DNA from: Phycisphaerales bacterium
GTDB taxonomy: Bacteria; Planctomycetota; Phycisphaerae; WQYP01
DNA length: 52,441 bases
Direction: 5' to 3'
NCBI GenBank assembly: GCA_027451365.1
Contig: DAIDJN010000081.1
Coordinates: forward strand, 1-52,441
Below the pieces are notes generated by a model. That model made no database searches and was not told the origin of the DNA. It worked only from the letters and a program-made list of their open reading frames with translations. Each line of letters starts with the position of its first letter. Positions within the stretch are counted from its first letter, which is position 1. The translations under genes were made by a program, and so were the position numbers. Below, one piece after another: positions 18,064 through 27,748 of this stretch.

Positions 18064-19527
18064 TTAAATCCAGAGTTTCATGCGTATCCAGTTGATCAGG
18101 CCGCGGGTCCATATCCATATGTAGCGGCGACGTCCCGCGTTGATCCGCGCGGTACCCTGCATTCCTGGCCGCAGCCATTTTGGCGGTCGATGAATCAGGG
18201 CGCGAACGCGGAAGACATTTCGCTTGTGCTTGACGATTGCCAGTGGATTCACATGCAACACTTTCAGCGGCATGCGGTAGGCCGGATAGGACGCGGTCGC
18301 CAGGTTGCCGATCTCGCCGGTTTTTACATACAGAATATCGCCATCCAGAACGTCCAGCCGGGCGACGAGCGGCTTAATGGGTGCCACGCGGAACAGGACA
18401 TCCCCCAGATGCACTGGGGCACCGATGCGCCGCTGCAAATGACCCGAAAGCACCAGACCCGATATCGGGGATGTAATGGCCGCGTGCGCAATCTGTCCGC
18501 GCAACAGGCGCATTTTTGCCGCCGCACCATTCATGGAATCATCCGCGATTTGCATATCCGCGATTTTGCCACGCGCTCTGGCAACCTGCGATTGTTTGGC
18601 GTAGGCGGCAAACTGAGCCTGCGCCGCGGCCAACTCGTCACGCAGCCGGGCGGTATGCAGTCGGGCGAGAATGGTTTTTCCGGCCACCACTTTGTCTCCG
18701 GGACGAACCAGGACGCTTTTAATATATCCGTCAAAAGGTGCGACAACCTGCGCCTGCCGGACAGGTTCAAGCGTAAAGCGGGCGATAATATGAAACGTGC
18801 CGCGCGCGAAAAACGCCCAGGCCAGAAACAGGCTCACCACCACGGCCAGCGCCTTAATCCAGGTATGTGTCGGCCCCACCAGTGTCGCCAGATGGCTGCG
18901 CCAGTCATGAACCATGCGAGCCCCCAGCCAGCGATCATGGGCGTGCAGATCCAGCAGGCGGGGAGCGAGCAGATCCGCGGCGGCACGCAGAGACGCAATG
19001 TCCGTCGGCGAGACCGAGCGCCCCGGCTCAAATTCCAGCAGCAGAACCGCCGCCGCACCATCGCGCCGCAAAGGAAGCGACAGCACAATGCCGTCGCCAT
19101 GGCAGGAAACCAGACGGGCGGCGCAGCGGGTGATGACATTTCCCGCAGTTGGCGCTGGATAGAGAATATCCGCGTCCTGATCAAAACATTCTTCCATGGC
19201 CTCTTCAAGATCGCGCACGAGGCGCATTTTGCGGAGAATTTTTTCGGTCTGACTCATGGCAACAAGATGAATGGTGCCACCGCGCAGAACGCCTATCGAT
19301 ACGCGCGTGGCCTTGAAATGGACCGACAGGTTATTGCAGATAGCCATGGCCAGTGCCATGAAGCGATCCAGCGACGCGGTTTGTGCGGCGAAAGTGACCG
19401 CGAAATTTAGTTGATGCAGCCGCGCGCTGACCATTCCGAGTCGCATTTGCTGGTCTTCCCAAAGCTTTTTGGGAACAGGAATAAACGATTGAACCGGCCC
19501 ATCGGATGGGGGCGTCTCCACATTCAT
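18064..19527 (-). CDS. GAF-like domain + HlyD/membrane-fusion protein
   Basis: GAF-like N-terminus (AMEECFDQ), TM helix, VVAPFDGYI..V.VRPGD.V and ITSPISG lipoyl halves, LRPGMQG. Confidence 0.85.
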   Translation of the reverse strand: MNVETPPSDGPVQSFIPVPKKLWEDQQMRLGMVSARLHQLNFAVTFAAQTASLDRFMALAMAICNNLSVHFKATRVSIGVLRGGTIHLVAMSQTEKILRKMRLVRDLEEAMEECFDQDADILYPAPTAGNVITRCAARLVSCHGDGIVLSLPLRRDGAAAVLLLEFEPGRSVSPTDIASLRAAADLLAPRLLDLHAHDRWLGARMVHDWRSHLATLVGPTHTWIKALAVVVSLFLAWAFFARGTFHIIARFTLEPVRQAQVVAPFDGYIKSVLVRPGDKVVAGKTILARLHTARLRDELAAAQAQFAAYAKQSQVARARGKIADMQIADDSMNGAAAKMRLLRGQIAHAAITSPISGLVLSGHLQRRIGAPVHLGDVLFRVAPIKPLVARLDVLDGDILYVKTGEIGNLATASYPAYRMPLKVLHVNPLAIVKHKRNVFRVRALIHRPPKWLRPGMQGTARINAGRRRYIWIWTRGLINWIRMKLWI

Positions 19528-20429
19528 GGCCGCGACCCTCCGGTTTGCGCCCCGGAAACTTTGCCTGCGGCCCCCACCGCGGCTCCGGTCGGAAACCGAA
19601 CCCTTACCTGCCGTCCGGCGGGGAGATTACCGGAGTTTTTTACCTGCACCTGCACCATCAGTGTATTGCTGGCGGAATCAGCCACGCTGGCAATCCAGAT
19701 AATCTTGCCGAGCGCGGCACCTCCGCCCGGCGAATTGACAATCGCGATGCGGCCAGGTTTAAGCCGCAGCGCAGCGGGCAGTGGAACCGGAACAAACACT
19801 CGCAGGCGATCAATCTGAACAATTTCCAGAACTTTTTTGAAAGCGTTGACCGACTTGCCGATGTCCACAAATCGGTCTTCAATCAGACCGTTAAATGGCG
19901 CCTTTATTTCCCGCCGCTGGACGGCCAGGTCCGCGGCTTGCAGAGTCAGTTTGTCGTGCTGATGTTTAAGAACCGCAAGTTTAAGCGTTAACCCGTCGAT
20001 GACAACCCGCAGTTTCGCGCGCTGCACTTCAAACGGAGTGGCCGCCTGTTGTTTCGCCGCCCATTGGGTGCGGCTTAGCGCCACCTGGTCCTGGGCAAGC
20101 TGAGCCTGGGCTGCCTGAATACGCAGCGTGCTTTGTGCATTAAGCCGGGCCAGGCGGCGGGCAAGCAGTTGCGGCTGATTGCTTTCCGCGGCAAGCAATT
20201 CACCCGCTTTGACAACCTGCCCCCGGCGGACAGCGATGCGGGCAATTCGGCCGGGCCGACTGAAAGATAAATTTACATCTCTCCACGGATTAGCCAGACC
20301 CGGATAGGAGGTGGCGGCTGTATTTTCCGCAAAGGATGTGCTTGCACAGGAGGCAATCACCAGCCAGGCACACACTGAACTCAACAGGATCAGACGATAG
20401 GATTTGCCGTTTTCGTTCCGCATAACCAT
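19524..20429 (-). CDS. Efflux/T1SS periplasmic adaptor (membrane-fusion protein)
   Basis: V.RGQVVKAGELLA, coiled coil, IKAPFNG, ADSASNT..V; start uncertain. Confidence 0.87.
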   Translation of the reverse strand: MVMRNENGKSYRLILLSSVCAWLVIASCASTSFAENTAATSYPGLANPWRDVNLSFSRPGRIARIAVRRGQVVKAGELLAAESNQPQLLARRLARLNAQSTLRIQAAQAQLAQDQVALSRTQWAAKQQAATPFEVQRAKLRVVIDGLTLKLAVLKHQHDKLTLQAADLAVQRREIKAPFNGLIEDRFVDIGKSVNAFKKVLEIVQIDRLRVFVPVPLPAALRLKPGRIAIVNSPGGGAALGKIIWIASVADSASNTLMVQVQVKNSGNLPAGRQVRVRFPTGAAVGAAGKVSGAQTGGSRP

Positions 20430-20904
20430 CGGGATATCCAAAAAAAAAACGCCGCGCACATCTGGCAGGATTGTTACGGAATGTACCACCAGCGGCGCGA
20501 AAAGTAAAACCTTGGTTGACCGGCAAAGGTCTTGCATCCGCGCCAATACTCCGGAACAGTCCCCCGATTACCGGAAAATTACGCCCATCGTTCATTGGCT
20601 TCCGCACGCATTCTCCAATTTCCAGTTCGTACTGATTTCCGCGATTAGTCCACGTGTAAGAGAGTCCGCATAATAACAGGCCAACAGTTGGCCGGGGCGT
20701 GGCCCGGCGAAAGGTGTCAACCGCGCTGATGGCCGCGCGACCGGCATGGCATACGGATTTTCCGACGGCGGCGGCTGATTCATGAACCGGTTTTTCTTGT
20801 TGCGCTTATCATATATATTTTTGCGCCCAGCACAGTGGCCTACAGTTCATGATTGACTTAACCTCTGATCAACGGCGTATCATTTTTTCATCGCGGAGGT
20901 TTCT

Positions 20905-23900
20905 ATGGCGGCTTGGTGGAATCGGCGGTCGGGCGGGGCAAACGGGGTAAAAAAGATCAAAGCATCGACTCGACAGGGACCAGTTTTCGAAAAACTGGAA
21001 GAACGCATCATGCTTTCCGCAGCGGCGGCTGCCACATGGTCGAATGTTGCGATTGAGGGGGGCGGGTTTGTCACCGGTATTGTCTACAACCAGAGTACGC
21101 CCAATCTGGTATACGCCAGAACGGATATTGGTGGGGCTTACCGATGGAATCCTACCAACAGCACTTGGACGCCGATTACCGACACCATTAATGCGCCGGG
21201 TGTACTAGGCTTGGCGACAGACCCGATAAACCCAAATCGAGTATATATTGCTGCTGGACTGTACACTGCGTCGTGGGCATCGGACGCATCGTTTTATTAT
21301 TCCACCAATCAAGGCTCCTCTTGGACACAGGTAAGTCTGCCCTTTAAGCTCGGCGGCAACGAAGATGGCCGTGGAGCCGGCGAGCGATTGCAGGTTGATC
21401 CGAATAACGACAGCATTTTGTATTTGGGCACGAACAACAATGGCCTGTGGAAAAGCACCAATTACGGCCAATCGTGGAGTCAGGTTACCAGCTTTTCGCC
21501 GTCCAGTGTGACATTTGTTCTCTTCAATAAAGCCAGTGGTTCGTCCGGCAACGCCACTTCGGATATTTATGTCGGTGTCAATACGACAAGTGGGCCGAAT
21601 CTGTATGAAAGCACCGACGCCGGAAATTCCTGGGCACCGGTGGCGAATGAGCCGACCAACGGAATGCTGGCGTATCGGGCCGAGATGGATTCCTCCGGTC
21701 GCCTGTATGTCACTTACGATAATGCCTTGGGACCTAATAACGTTTCCGCTGGTGCCGTCTGGAGCCTCAACACACAAAACGGCGCATGGACCAACATCAC
21801 CCCTCCAACTGGTCAGGGTGGTTTTGCGGGCGTGGCAGTGGATGCGGAGAACCCAGGTACAATCATCGTCAGCACGTTGGATCGGTGGTGGCCCGGTCCC
21901 CAGGGCGACCAGATATACCGTAGCACCAACGGAGGTGCGACATGGACGGATTTGTTCTCTTCGGCGACATGGAACTATTCTAGTGCGCCCTATAGCGACA
22001 AGCCTGTGAGTTGGTTGACTGACGTTGAGATCAATCCATTTAACCCGAACAACGCTATCTTCACCACTGGAGGGGGCCTTTTTGTCAGCAACAACGTGAC
22101 CAATGCTGACAACGGTGGCAGCACGACGTGGTCATTCGAAGACAGCGGGCTGGAAGAAATGGCTGTTTGGGGGATCATTGCGCCACCCACCGGATCGCCA
22201 TTGTTGAGTGTTACGGCTGACAACGGTGGGTTTGACAACGCCAGCTTTACCACTTCCCCCGCGGCCGGTGCATTTACCCCCAACCTGGGTTCGAGCACCA
22301 GTATTGCCTTTGCCCAGGATAATCCAAATGACATGGTGCGAGTTGGATACAACGCGCCCTATGGCGCATATTCCACCAACGACGGCACAAGCTGGACGGC
22401 GTTTTCCAGCGTACCGCCGGGCGCGAGTTCCTCCGGCCCGGGCACCATCGCGATTTCCGCTAATGGCGGGACGATCGTGTGGACTCCGTCCGGCTCCGGC
22501 GCATATTATTCCACCAACGATGGCGCTAGTTGGACTGAGGACTGGGGCTTGCCCGCAAACAACGGCACGAGTTTCAAGGTTGTGGCGGATGGAGCTAATT
22601 CGAGCAATTTCTATATTTATGATCCCGCATCAGGAGCGGTGTATGTCAGCAACAACGGTGGGACGGGATTCTGGACGGGCGCCACCGGGCTTCCTACCTG
22701 GGGCGGGCCGCTGGTTGCGGTACCGGAGGCATCGGGCGATCTCTGGCTGCCCACAAGCAGCGGCTTGTATCGATCTGTCAATTCCGGGGTCAACTTTTAC
22801 AACATTGGAAGCGTGCAGACAGCCTACGCCGTGGCCTTCGGCAAGTCGCTATCGGGCGGTTATCCAGCAATCTATATCTACGGAATGATCAACAACGTTA
22901 CAGGTATATTCGTTTCCAACGATACCGGGAGCAGTTGGACGCAGATCAATACCTCGCTTGAGCCATTCGGCTGGAGCGGGGCTCCACAAGCAGTCAACGT
23001 GCTGGCCGCAAGTCCGAATGTCTACGGCCAGATTTTTGTTGGTGCCGGCGGACGGGGTCTCTTTGTGGGCAATATTGCACCTTTGCCGAGCGGATGGTCC
23101 GATCAGGACATCGGAACGCCGGGGGTGGCGGGATCGGCAAGTTACACCTCCGCCAATGGCCAATGGAACGTCTCCGGCGGCGGCACTGATATCTGGGGCG
23201 GCAGCGATCAGTTCAATTTCGCCAGTACGACTTGGTCCGGCAGCGGCACGCTTACCGCACAGGTCAACAGTATTGAAAATACGGACAGTTGGGCAAAATC
23301 CGGAGTTATGTTCCGCGATTCCAGCGGTGCCGATGCGACGTTTGTGGATGTCATGGCTACGGCCGGGAATGGTGTTACCATGCAGTGGCGCAATGCCACC
23401 GGCGGCCAATGCAACTATACATCGATCTATGGAATCAACGCGCCGGTGTGGGTGCAGCTAATCCGCAACGGAAATAACTTCACTGGTTACTACAGCACCG
23501 ATGGTAAGAGTTGGACCCTGGTGGGCACTACCACTGTGTCGTTTTCAAACGCTTCGAATCTGGCGGGCCTTGCCGTGACCGCTCATGACAACAGTGCGTT
23601 GAACACATCAGCGTTCAGTAATGTATCACTGGTTGCCACTATTCTCACCGCCGCCAACACCACAGATACCAATATCGGTGCTCCGGGCCAGTACGGTTCG
23701 TCGACGTACAATGCCACCTACGGCGACTGGACCGTCTCTGGTGGCGGCTCGGATATCTGGGGAAGCAGCGACCAATTCAATTTCGTCAGCCAGTCATGGA
23801 GCGGAGACGGCGTTTTGACTGCAGACGTGACGAGCCTCGATAATACCAATTCATGGGCCAAAGCTGGCGTGATGTTCCGAAACTCCAGCGCTGCCAACTC

Positions 23901-24201
23901 CCCTTTTGTGGACGTGGTATTGACACCTGGTAATGGCGTGGCCATGCAATGGCGCGACGACAGCGGACAATTAGGAAACATTCAGATTGCTGGCATCACC
24001 ACCCCCGCATGGGTGCAGCTAGTCCGAAGCGGCAATAGTTTCAGCGGCTATTACAGCACCGACGGCTCCACCTGGACCCTGATCGGTTCAACCGCCATCA
24101 CCTTCAGCAATACATCCATTCTGGCGGGCCTGGCGGTTACCTCACACAATACCAGCGCATTGTCCATCGCCACCTTCAGTGATGTCACTCTCTGGCAATA
24201 A
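20905..24201 (+). CDS. LEPR-XLL-motif GH74 (xyloglucanase-like) enzyme with two C-terminal beta-sandwich repeats
   Basis: FEKLEERIMLS motif; GGGFVTG..YARTDIGGAYRW and GGNEDGRGAGERL GH74 signatures; Asp-box repeats (S.D/N.G.TW); two tandem DIG..G..GS...DIWG.SDQF...WAK.GVMFR domains. Confidence 0.9.
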   Translation: MAAWWNRRSGGANGVKKIKASTRQGPVFEKLEERIMLSAAAAATWSNVAIEGGGFVTGIVYNQSTPNLVYARTDIGGAYRWNPTNSTWTPITDTINAPGVLGLATDPINPNRVYIAAGLYTASWASDASFYYSTNQGSSWTQVSLPFKLGGNEDGRGAGERLQVDPNNDSILYLGTNNNGLWKSTNYGQSWSQVTSFSPSSVTFVLFNKASGSSGNATSDIYVGVNTTSGPNLYESTDAGNSWAPVANEPTNGMLAYRAEMDSSGRLYVTYDNALGPNNVSAGAVWSLNTQNGAWTNITPPTGQGGFAGVAVDAENPGTIIVSTLDRWWPGPQGDQIYRSTNGGATWTDLFSSATWNYSSAPYSDKPVSWLTDVEINPFNPNNAIFTTGGGLFVSNNVTNADNGGSTTWSFEDSGLEEMAVWGIIAPPTGSPLLSVTADNGGFDNASFTTSPAAGAFTPNLGSSTSIAFAQDNPNDMVRVGYNAPYGAYSTNDGTSWTAFSSVPPGASSSGPGTIAISANGGTIVWTPSGSGAYYSTNDGASWTEDWGLPANNGTSFKVVADGANSSNFYIYDPASGAVYVSNNGGTGFWTGATGLPTWGGPLVAVPEASGDLWLPTSSGLYRSVNSGVNFYNIGSVQTAYAVAFGKSLSGGYPAIYIYGMINNVTGIFVSNDTGSSWTQINTSLEPFGWSGAPQAVNVLAASPNVYGQIFVGAGGRGLFVGNIAPLPSGWSDQDIGTPGVAGSASYTSANGQWNVSGGGTDIWGGSDQFNFASTTWSGSGTLTAQVNSIENTDSWAKSGVMFRDSSGADATFVDVMATAGNGVTMQWRNATGGQCNYTSIYGINAPVWVQLIRNGNNFTGYYSTDGKSWTLVGTTTVSFSNASNLAGLAVTAHDNSALNTSAFSNVSLVATILTAANTTDTNIGAPGQYGSSTYNATYGDWTVSGGGSDIWGSSDQFNFVSQSWSGDGVLTADVTSLDNTNSWAKAGVMFRNSSAANSPFVDVVLTPGNGVAMQWRDDSGQLGNIQIAGITTPAWVQLVRSGNSFSGYYSTDGSTWTLIGSTAITFSNTSILAGLAVTSHNTSALSIATFSDVTLWQ

Positions 24202-24217
24202 CTGTTCCAGGGAATCC

Positions 24218-24266
24218 AAAAAGACTCCTGCCTTCGAGCCACCGGCTCACGCAGGAGTCTTTTTTT
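24218..24266 (+). terminator. Rho-independent (likely bidirectional) terminator
   Basis: AAAAAGACTCCTGC...GCAGGAGTCTTTTTTT stem directly after the GH74 stop. Confidence 0.9.
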
Positions 24267-24471
24267 GCCCTTACCAACACCTAACAAAGTGTCGCAAATT
24301 GCCACCAAATAGACGCGAAATGGTATAGACATGCGCCTATTACCCGCCTTTAGTTTGCTCTCGCGGATGCTGGCGGCGGAAGATGCATTTTCTTTGTGAT
24401 CGCAGTTTCAAGGTCACACACTCTCACGTTCGGCAGTTGATATTTTGTGATTCCTGGCAAGGAGTTCGGCT

Positions 24472-25416
24472 ATGCTTTGGCGGCGGAAACGAACGCCAAA
24501 GGGCCGCTTTCGAGGCGCTGGAACCGCGTCTCTACATGAGCGGAGGAAATTACATTGACCGTATCAACTTTGGCGACACCACCGGCGATGCGGTCTCGGA
24601 ATCTGTGCATCATTTCGATCCGGGAATTGCCGCGGCACAATTGCCTGTCACCGGAATCGGCGCGGAAGGGCAGACTTTTCGGCAGTTATATGCGCCGCCG
24701 GCCAGGCCTTTGCCGCCGTCCTGTACGGTGCCGGTAATCAACTCTCATTTGCTTACCGGACCACGGACGGAGCCGCAGCCGCGTCAACGGCCGTAAGCGT
24801 ATCGGGTGCCAATGTCTGGGTACAACTGATTCGCAGCGGCAACAATGTATCCGCCTATTACAGCACCACTGGCAGCACCTGGATACAGATCGGCTCTACC
24901 CAAACCATCAACATGACAGCCTCCACACAGGCGGGCATGGCGGTCACTTCCGGAAACACCAGTGCCACGGCTACAGCCACATTTGCCAATGTCTCGGCCA
25001 GTTTTAACTATTCGCTGGCCAACGCACTCCCCCAGACCACCTTCACCGCAACTGCTAATGTGAACAGCGCCTACGCCCAGGGTGCTATTGACGGCAGTAC
25101 GGGTTCACAATGGAACACGAATGGTGCCCAAAGCGCCGGGGATTACATTCAGGTCAATTTAGGATCTGCCCAAACCATTCAGCACATCATGCTCGATCAG
25201 GGCACCAGTACCGGCAACTATCCACGCGGCTTTGCCGTAGAAATATCAACCGATGGCATTAACTGGACAACTGTCTACACCGCTGCTGGATCAACCGGTT
25301 CACTGACGGATATCGTGCTCGGTTCGCCAGTCACGGCCCAGTATGTCAAGATCGTCCTTACCGCCAGCGACAACTTTATGTGGTGGAGCATTTGCGAGAT
25401 TAATATTTTCAGCTAA
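24472..25416 (+). pseudogene. Frameshifted, internally deleted LEPR-XLL secreted protein ending in an F5/8 type C (discoidin/CBM32-like) domain
   Basis: AAGGAG + ATG at 24472 is out of frame with AAFEALEPRLYMS. A second frame change near 24690 joins to a half beta-sandwich repeat (WVQLIRSGN..AYYST). The C-terminus has AIDG...W...NLGS....YPR.F..E.STDG.NW. Confidence 0.75.
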
Positions 25417-25511
25417 AGCCGTTCGGTCCGCGGGCCTGCGCCACTGGGAATATTTCTTCTCCACCCTGTATAATCCATTCAATTAAAATCAGGATGGCGA
25501 CGGACTGACCA

Positions 25512-27716
25512 ATGGCGGATACAAATTCAACCTTCCATGAATCGTGGCACCGCGTGGCGGACATGAAGCCCCGCCTGCGCGCAGGCATTCATGTCTCGCG
25601 ACAGATATTCCGTGGCCACCGCTGGTATGTCATCCAGGATCAGGCCAATAACGCGTTCACACGGCTGAATACACATGGCTATGCCTTTATAGGTCTGCTG
25701 GACGGGGCACGCACCGTGCGTGATGCGTGGAATATTTGTAACGGGACACTGGGCGACGACGCGCCCACCCAGGGCGAAATTATAGGACTGTTGGGCCAGT
25801 TGGCCGGGGCTAATCTTCTGGCCGCGGATTCCTTTCCGGACGCCCAGGCCATTTTCCAGAAATTTAAACGCCGCAGGAGGCGTGATATGCAGGGTCGGCT
25901 TATGAACCTGCTGTTCCCTCGCATCCCCATTTTTGATCCAGACGCGCTTCTTGAACGTGGTCTGTTTCTGGTCAAATGGATTTTCCGTCTGCCCGGTCTG
26001 CTGGTGTGGCTGGTCCTTTTAGGATCGGCAGCATACACGCTGCTGTCAGCCGGGCCAATAGCCGGAACACTTCTGGCGGAATCCAGCGGACTATTGCGGC
26101 CGGACAACTGGCTGCTGCTGCTGCTGGCCTTCATCGTCGATAAAACCGTTCATGAATCCGGCCATGCAATCGCGTGCAAGGCGTTTGGCCAACAGGCCGG
26201 GACCGGCGGCGAGGTGCATGTCATCGGGATGATGCTTCTCATTTTTACGCCCGTTCCCTATGTGGACGCTTCCAGTGCCTGGCTGTTGCCGGACAAATGG
26301 AAACGCGCAATAGTCGGTGCGGCTGGAATGTGGTTGGAATTTGCTCTGGCCGCCATCGCGGCCATCATCTGGCGATACAGCATCCCCGGATCGACGCTCC
26401 ATGCATTTTGTTACAACCTTATGTTCATCGCCAGTGTGGCCACGCTGTTTTTCAACGGCAATCCGTTTCTTCGTTACGACGGTTACTACATTCTTGCCGA
26501 CTTGCTGGAAATTCCCAACTTGTTGGGGCGCGCCATGCAATATGCCACCTACCTGATCCGTCGACATCTCTTTGGCCTTAAACGGGCCGTCGATCCGACA
26601 GAGACGCTCGGCCAGCGGCGATGGCTGCTTGTTTATCTTGTATTTTCCGGCATCGTGCGCGTTCTGGTCTGCACCGGCATTATTCTGTTTCTGGTCACAA
26701 ATCTGCGGCAATACCCGCAACTGACTCTTCTTCTGCTTTCAATGGCCGCCATCGCCGCCGCCACCTGGCTGCTTGTGCCTCTGGGCCGGGCGGCGTGGTA
26801 CCTGGTTTCCAGCGCGGAACTGGTGCATCGGCGTACGCGAGCGATCAGCACCAGTCTGTGCGGTTTTGGGTTGATAGTTGCGGCCATCGGACTTCTGCCC
26901 CTTCCGCATCACACGCGAATCACGGGCGTGGTACGCACCGCCCATCAGCGCGGCGTCTATGTCCCGGTGGACGGCTTTTTGCAGTGGTACAGGCAATCGG
27001 ACGCGCAAGTCGCCTCGGTGCGAAAGGGAACGATTCTGGCGCGCCTATCCAATCCCCAACTCCAAACAAGGCTGATTCAGGCCCAGTCCCGACTGGCCGC
27101 AACACGCGTTAAACGTCGCAAGGCGCTGGCTGGCAATCCAGCCCTTGCGCAGATTCTTTCGCGCCAGATTTCCGCCCTTCAAACGGAGATTTCACGACTG
27201 CAAAACCGTGTGTCCGATCTGACACTGCGTTCGCCAACCGCGGGATTCTGGGTCAATCAGGACCTGCAACTAAGACAGGGTGCATATCTTAAACGGGGCG
27301 ACAGAATCGGCACCTTGGTCAATTTTGCCAGACCGCTCATATTTGCACCCGCGAGTCAGGCTGGTGCCGGACGTATTATTCGATTCGGACACAAAAGCAT
27401 CCAGTTACGCATTGCCGGTTGCGCGGACCCGATGATTCACGCCACGCTTGTCCGCGTTTATCCGGGCGGTGGCACCGCCATGCCTTCGCCGGCCTTAAGT
27501 TATCTGGCGGGCGGTCCGCTGGCTCCGAGCCTAAATGCCAGACAGCCCGGACAGGCTGCGCAGCCCTTTTTTATGCTCGTTCTGCGTCCGACGCAGCCGG
27601 TGCGTTTGCTTCCGGGCATGACGGTAATCGGCCGCGTCACTTTGCCCGACCAGTCGCTGCTTTTTGACATTATTCACAGCCTGCGCCGCACCTTGCAACC
27701 CGGAACCGGTTTGTAA
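25512..27716 (+). CDS. M50 (site-2 protease-like) membrane domain fused to a membrane-fusion domain
   Basis: HESGH zinc motif, NPFLRYDGY, multiple TM helices, C-terminal coiled coil and LRSP..G lipoyl half. Confidence 0.87.
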   Translation: MADTNSTFHESWHRVADMKPRLRAGIHVSRQIFRGHRWYVIQDQANNAFTRLNTHGYAFIGLLDGARTVRDAWNICNGTLGDDAPTQGEIIGLLGQLAGANLLAADSFPDAQAIFQKFKRRRRRDMQGRLMNLLFPRIPIFDPDALLERGLFLVKWIFRLPGLLVWLVLLGSAAYTLLSAGPIAGTLLAESSGLLRPDNWLLLLLAFIVDKTVHESGHAIACKAFGQQAGTGGEVHVIGMMLLIFTPVPYVDASSAWLLPDKWKRAIVGAAGMWLEFALAAIAAIIWRYSIPGSTLHAFCYNLMFIASVATLFFNGNPFLRYDGYYILADLLEIPNLLGRAMQYATYLIRRHLFGLKRAVDPTETLGQRRWLLVYLVFSGIVRVLVCTGIILFLVTNLRQYPQLTLLLLSMAAIAAATWLLVPLGRAAWYLVSSAELVHRRTRAISTSLCGFGLIVAAIGLLPLPHHTRITGVVRTAHQRGVYVPVDGFLQWYRQSDAQVASVRKGTILARLSNPQLQTRLIQAQSRLAATRVKRRKALAGNPALAQILSRQISALQTEISRLQNRVSDLTLRSPTAGFWVNQDLQLRQGAYLKRGDRIGTLVNFARPLIFAPASQAGAGRIIRFGHKSIQLRIAGCADPMIHATLVRVYPGGGTAMPSPALSYLAGGPLAPSLNARQPGQAAQPFFMLVLRPTQPVRLLPGMTVIGRVTLPDQSLLFDIIHSLRRTLQPGTGL

Positions 27717-27748
27717 GCTGGCCGGACCCGCTTTTAGAGTACAATGAC

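Noticed and set aside
18190..19410. 406-aa + strand ORF and other long antisense ORFs (e.g. 4225-5154, 45291-46025)
   Set aside because: Shadow frames of well-supported genes in high-GC DNA, with no motifs
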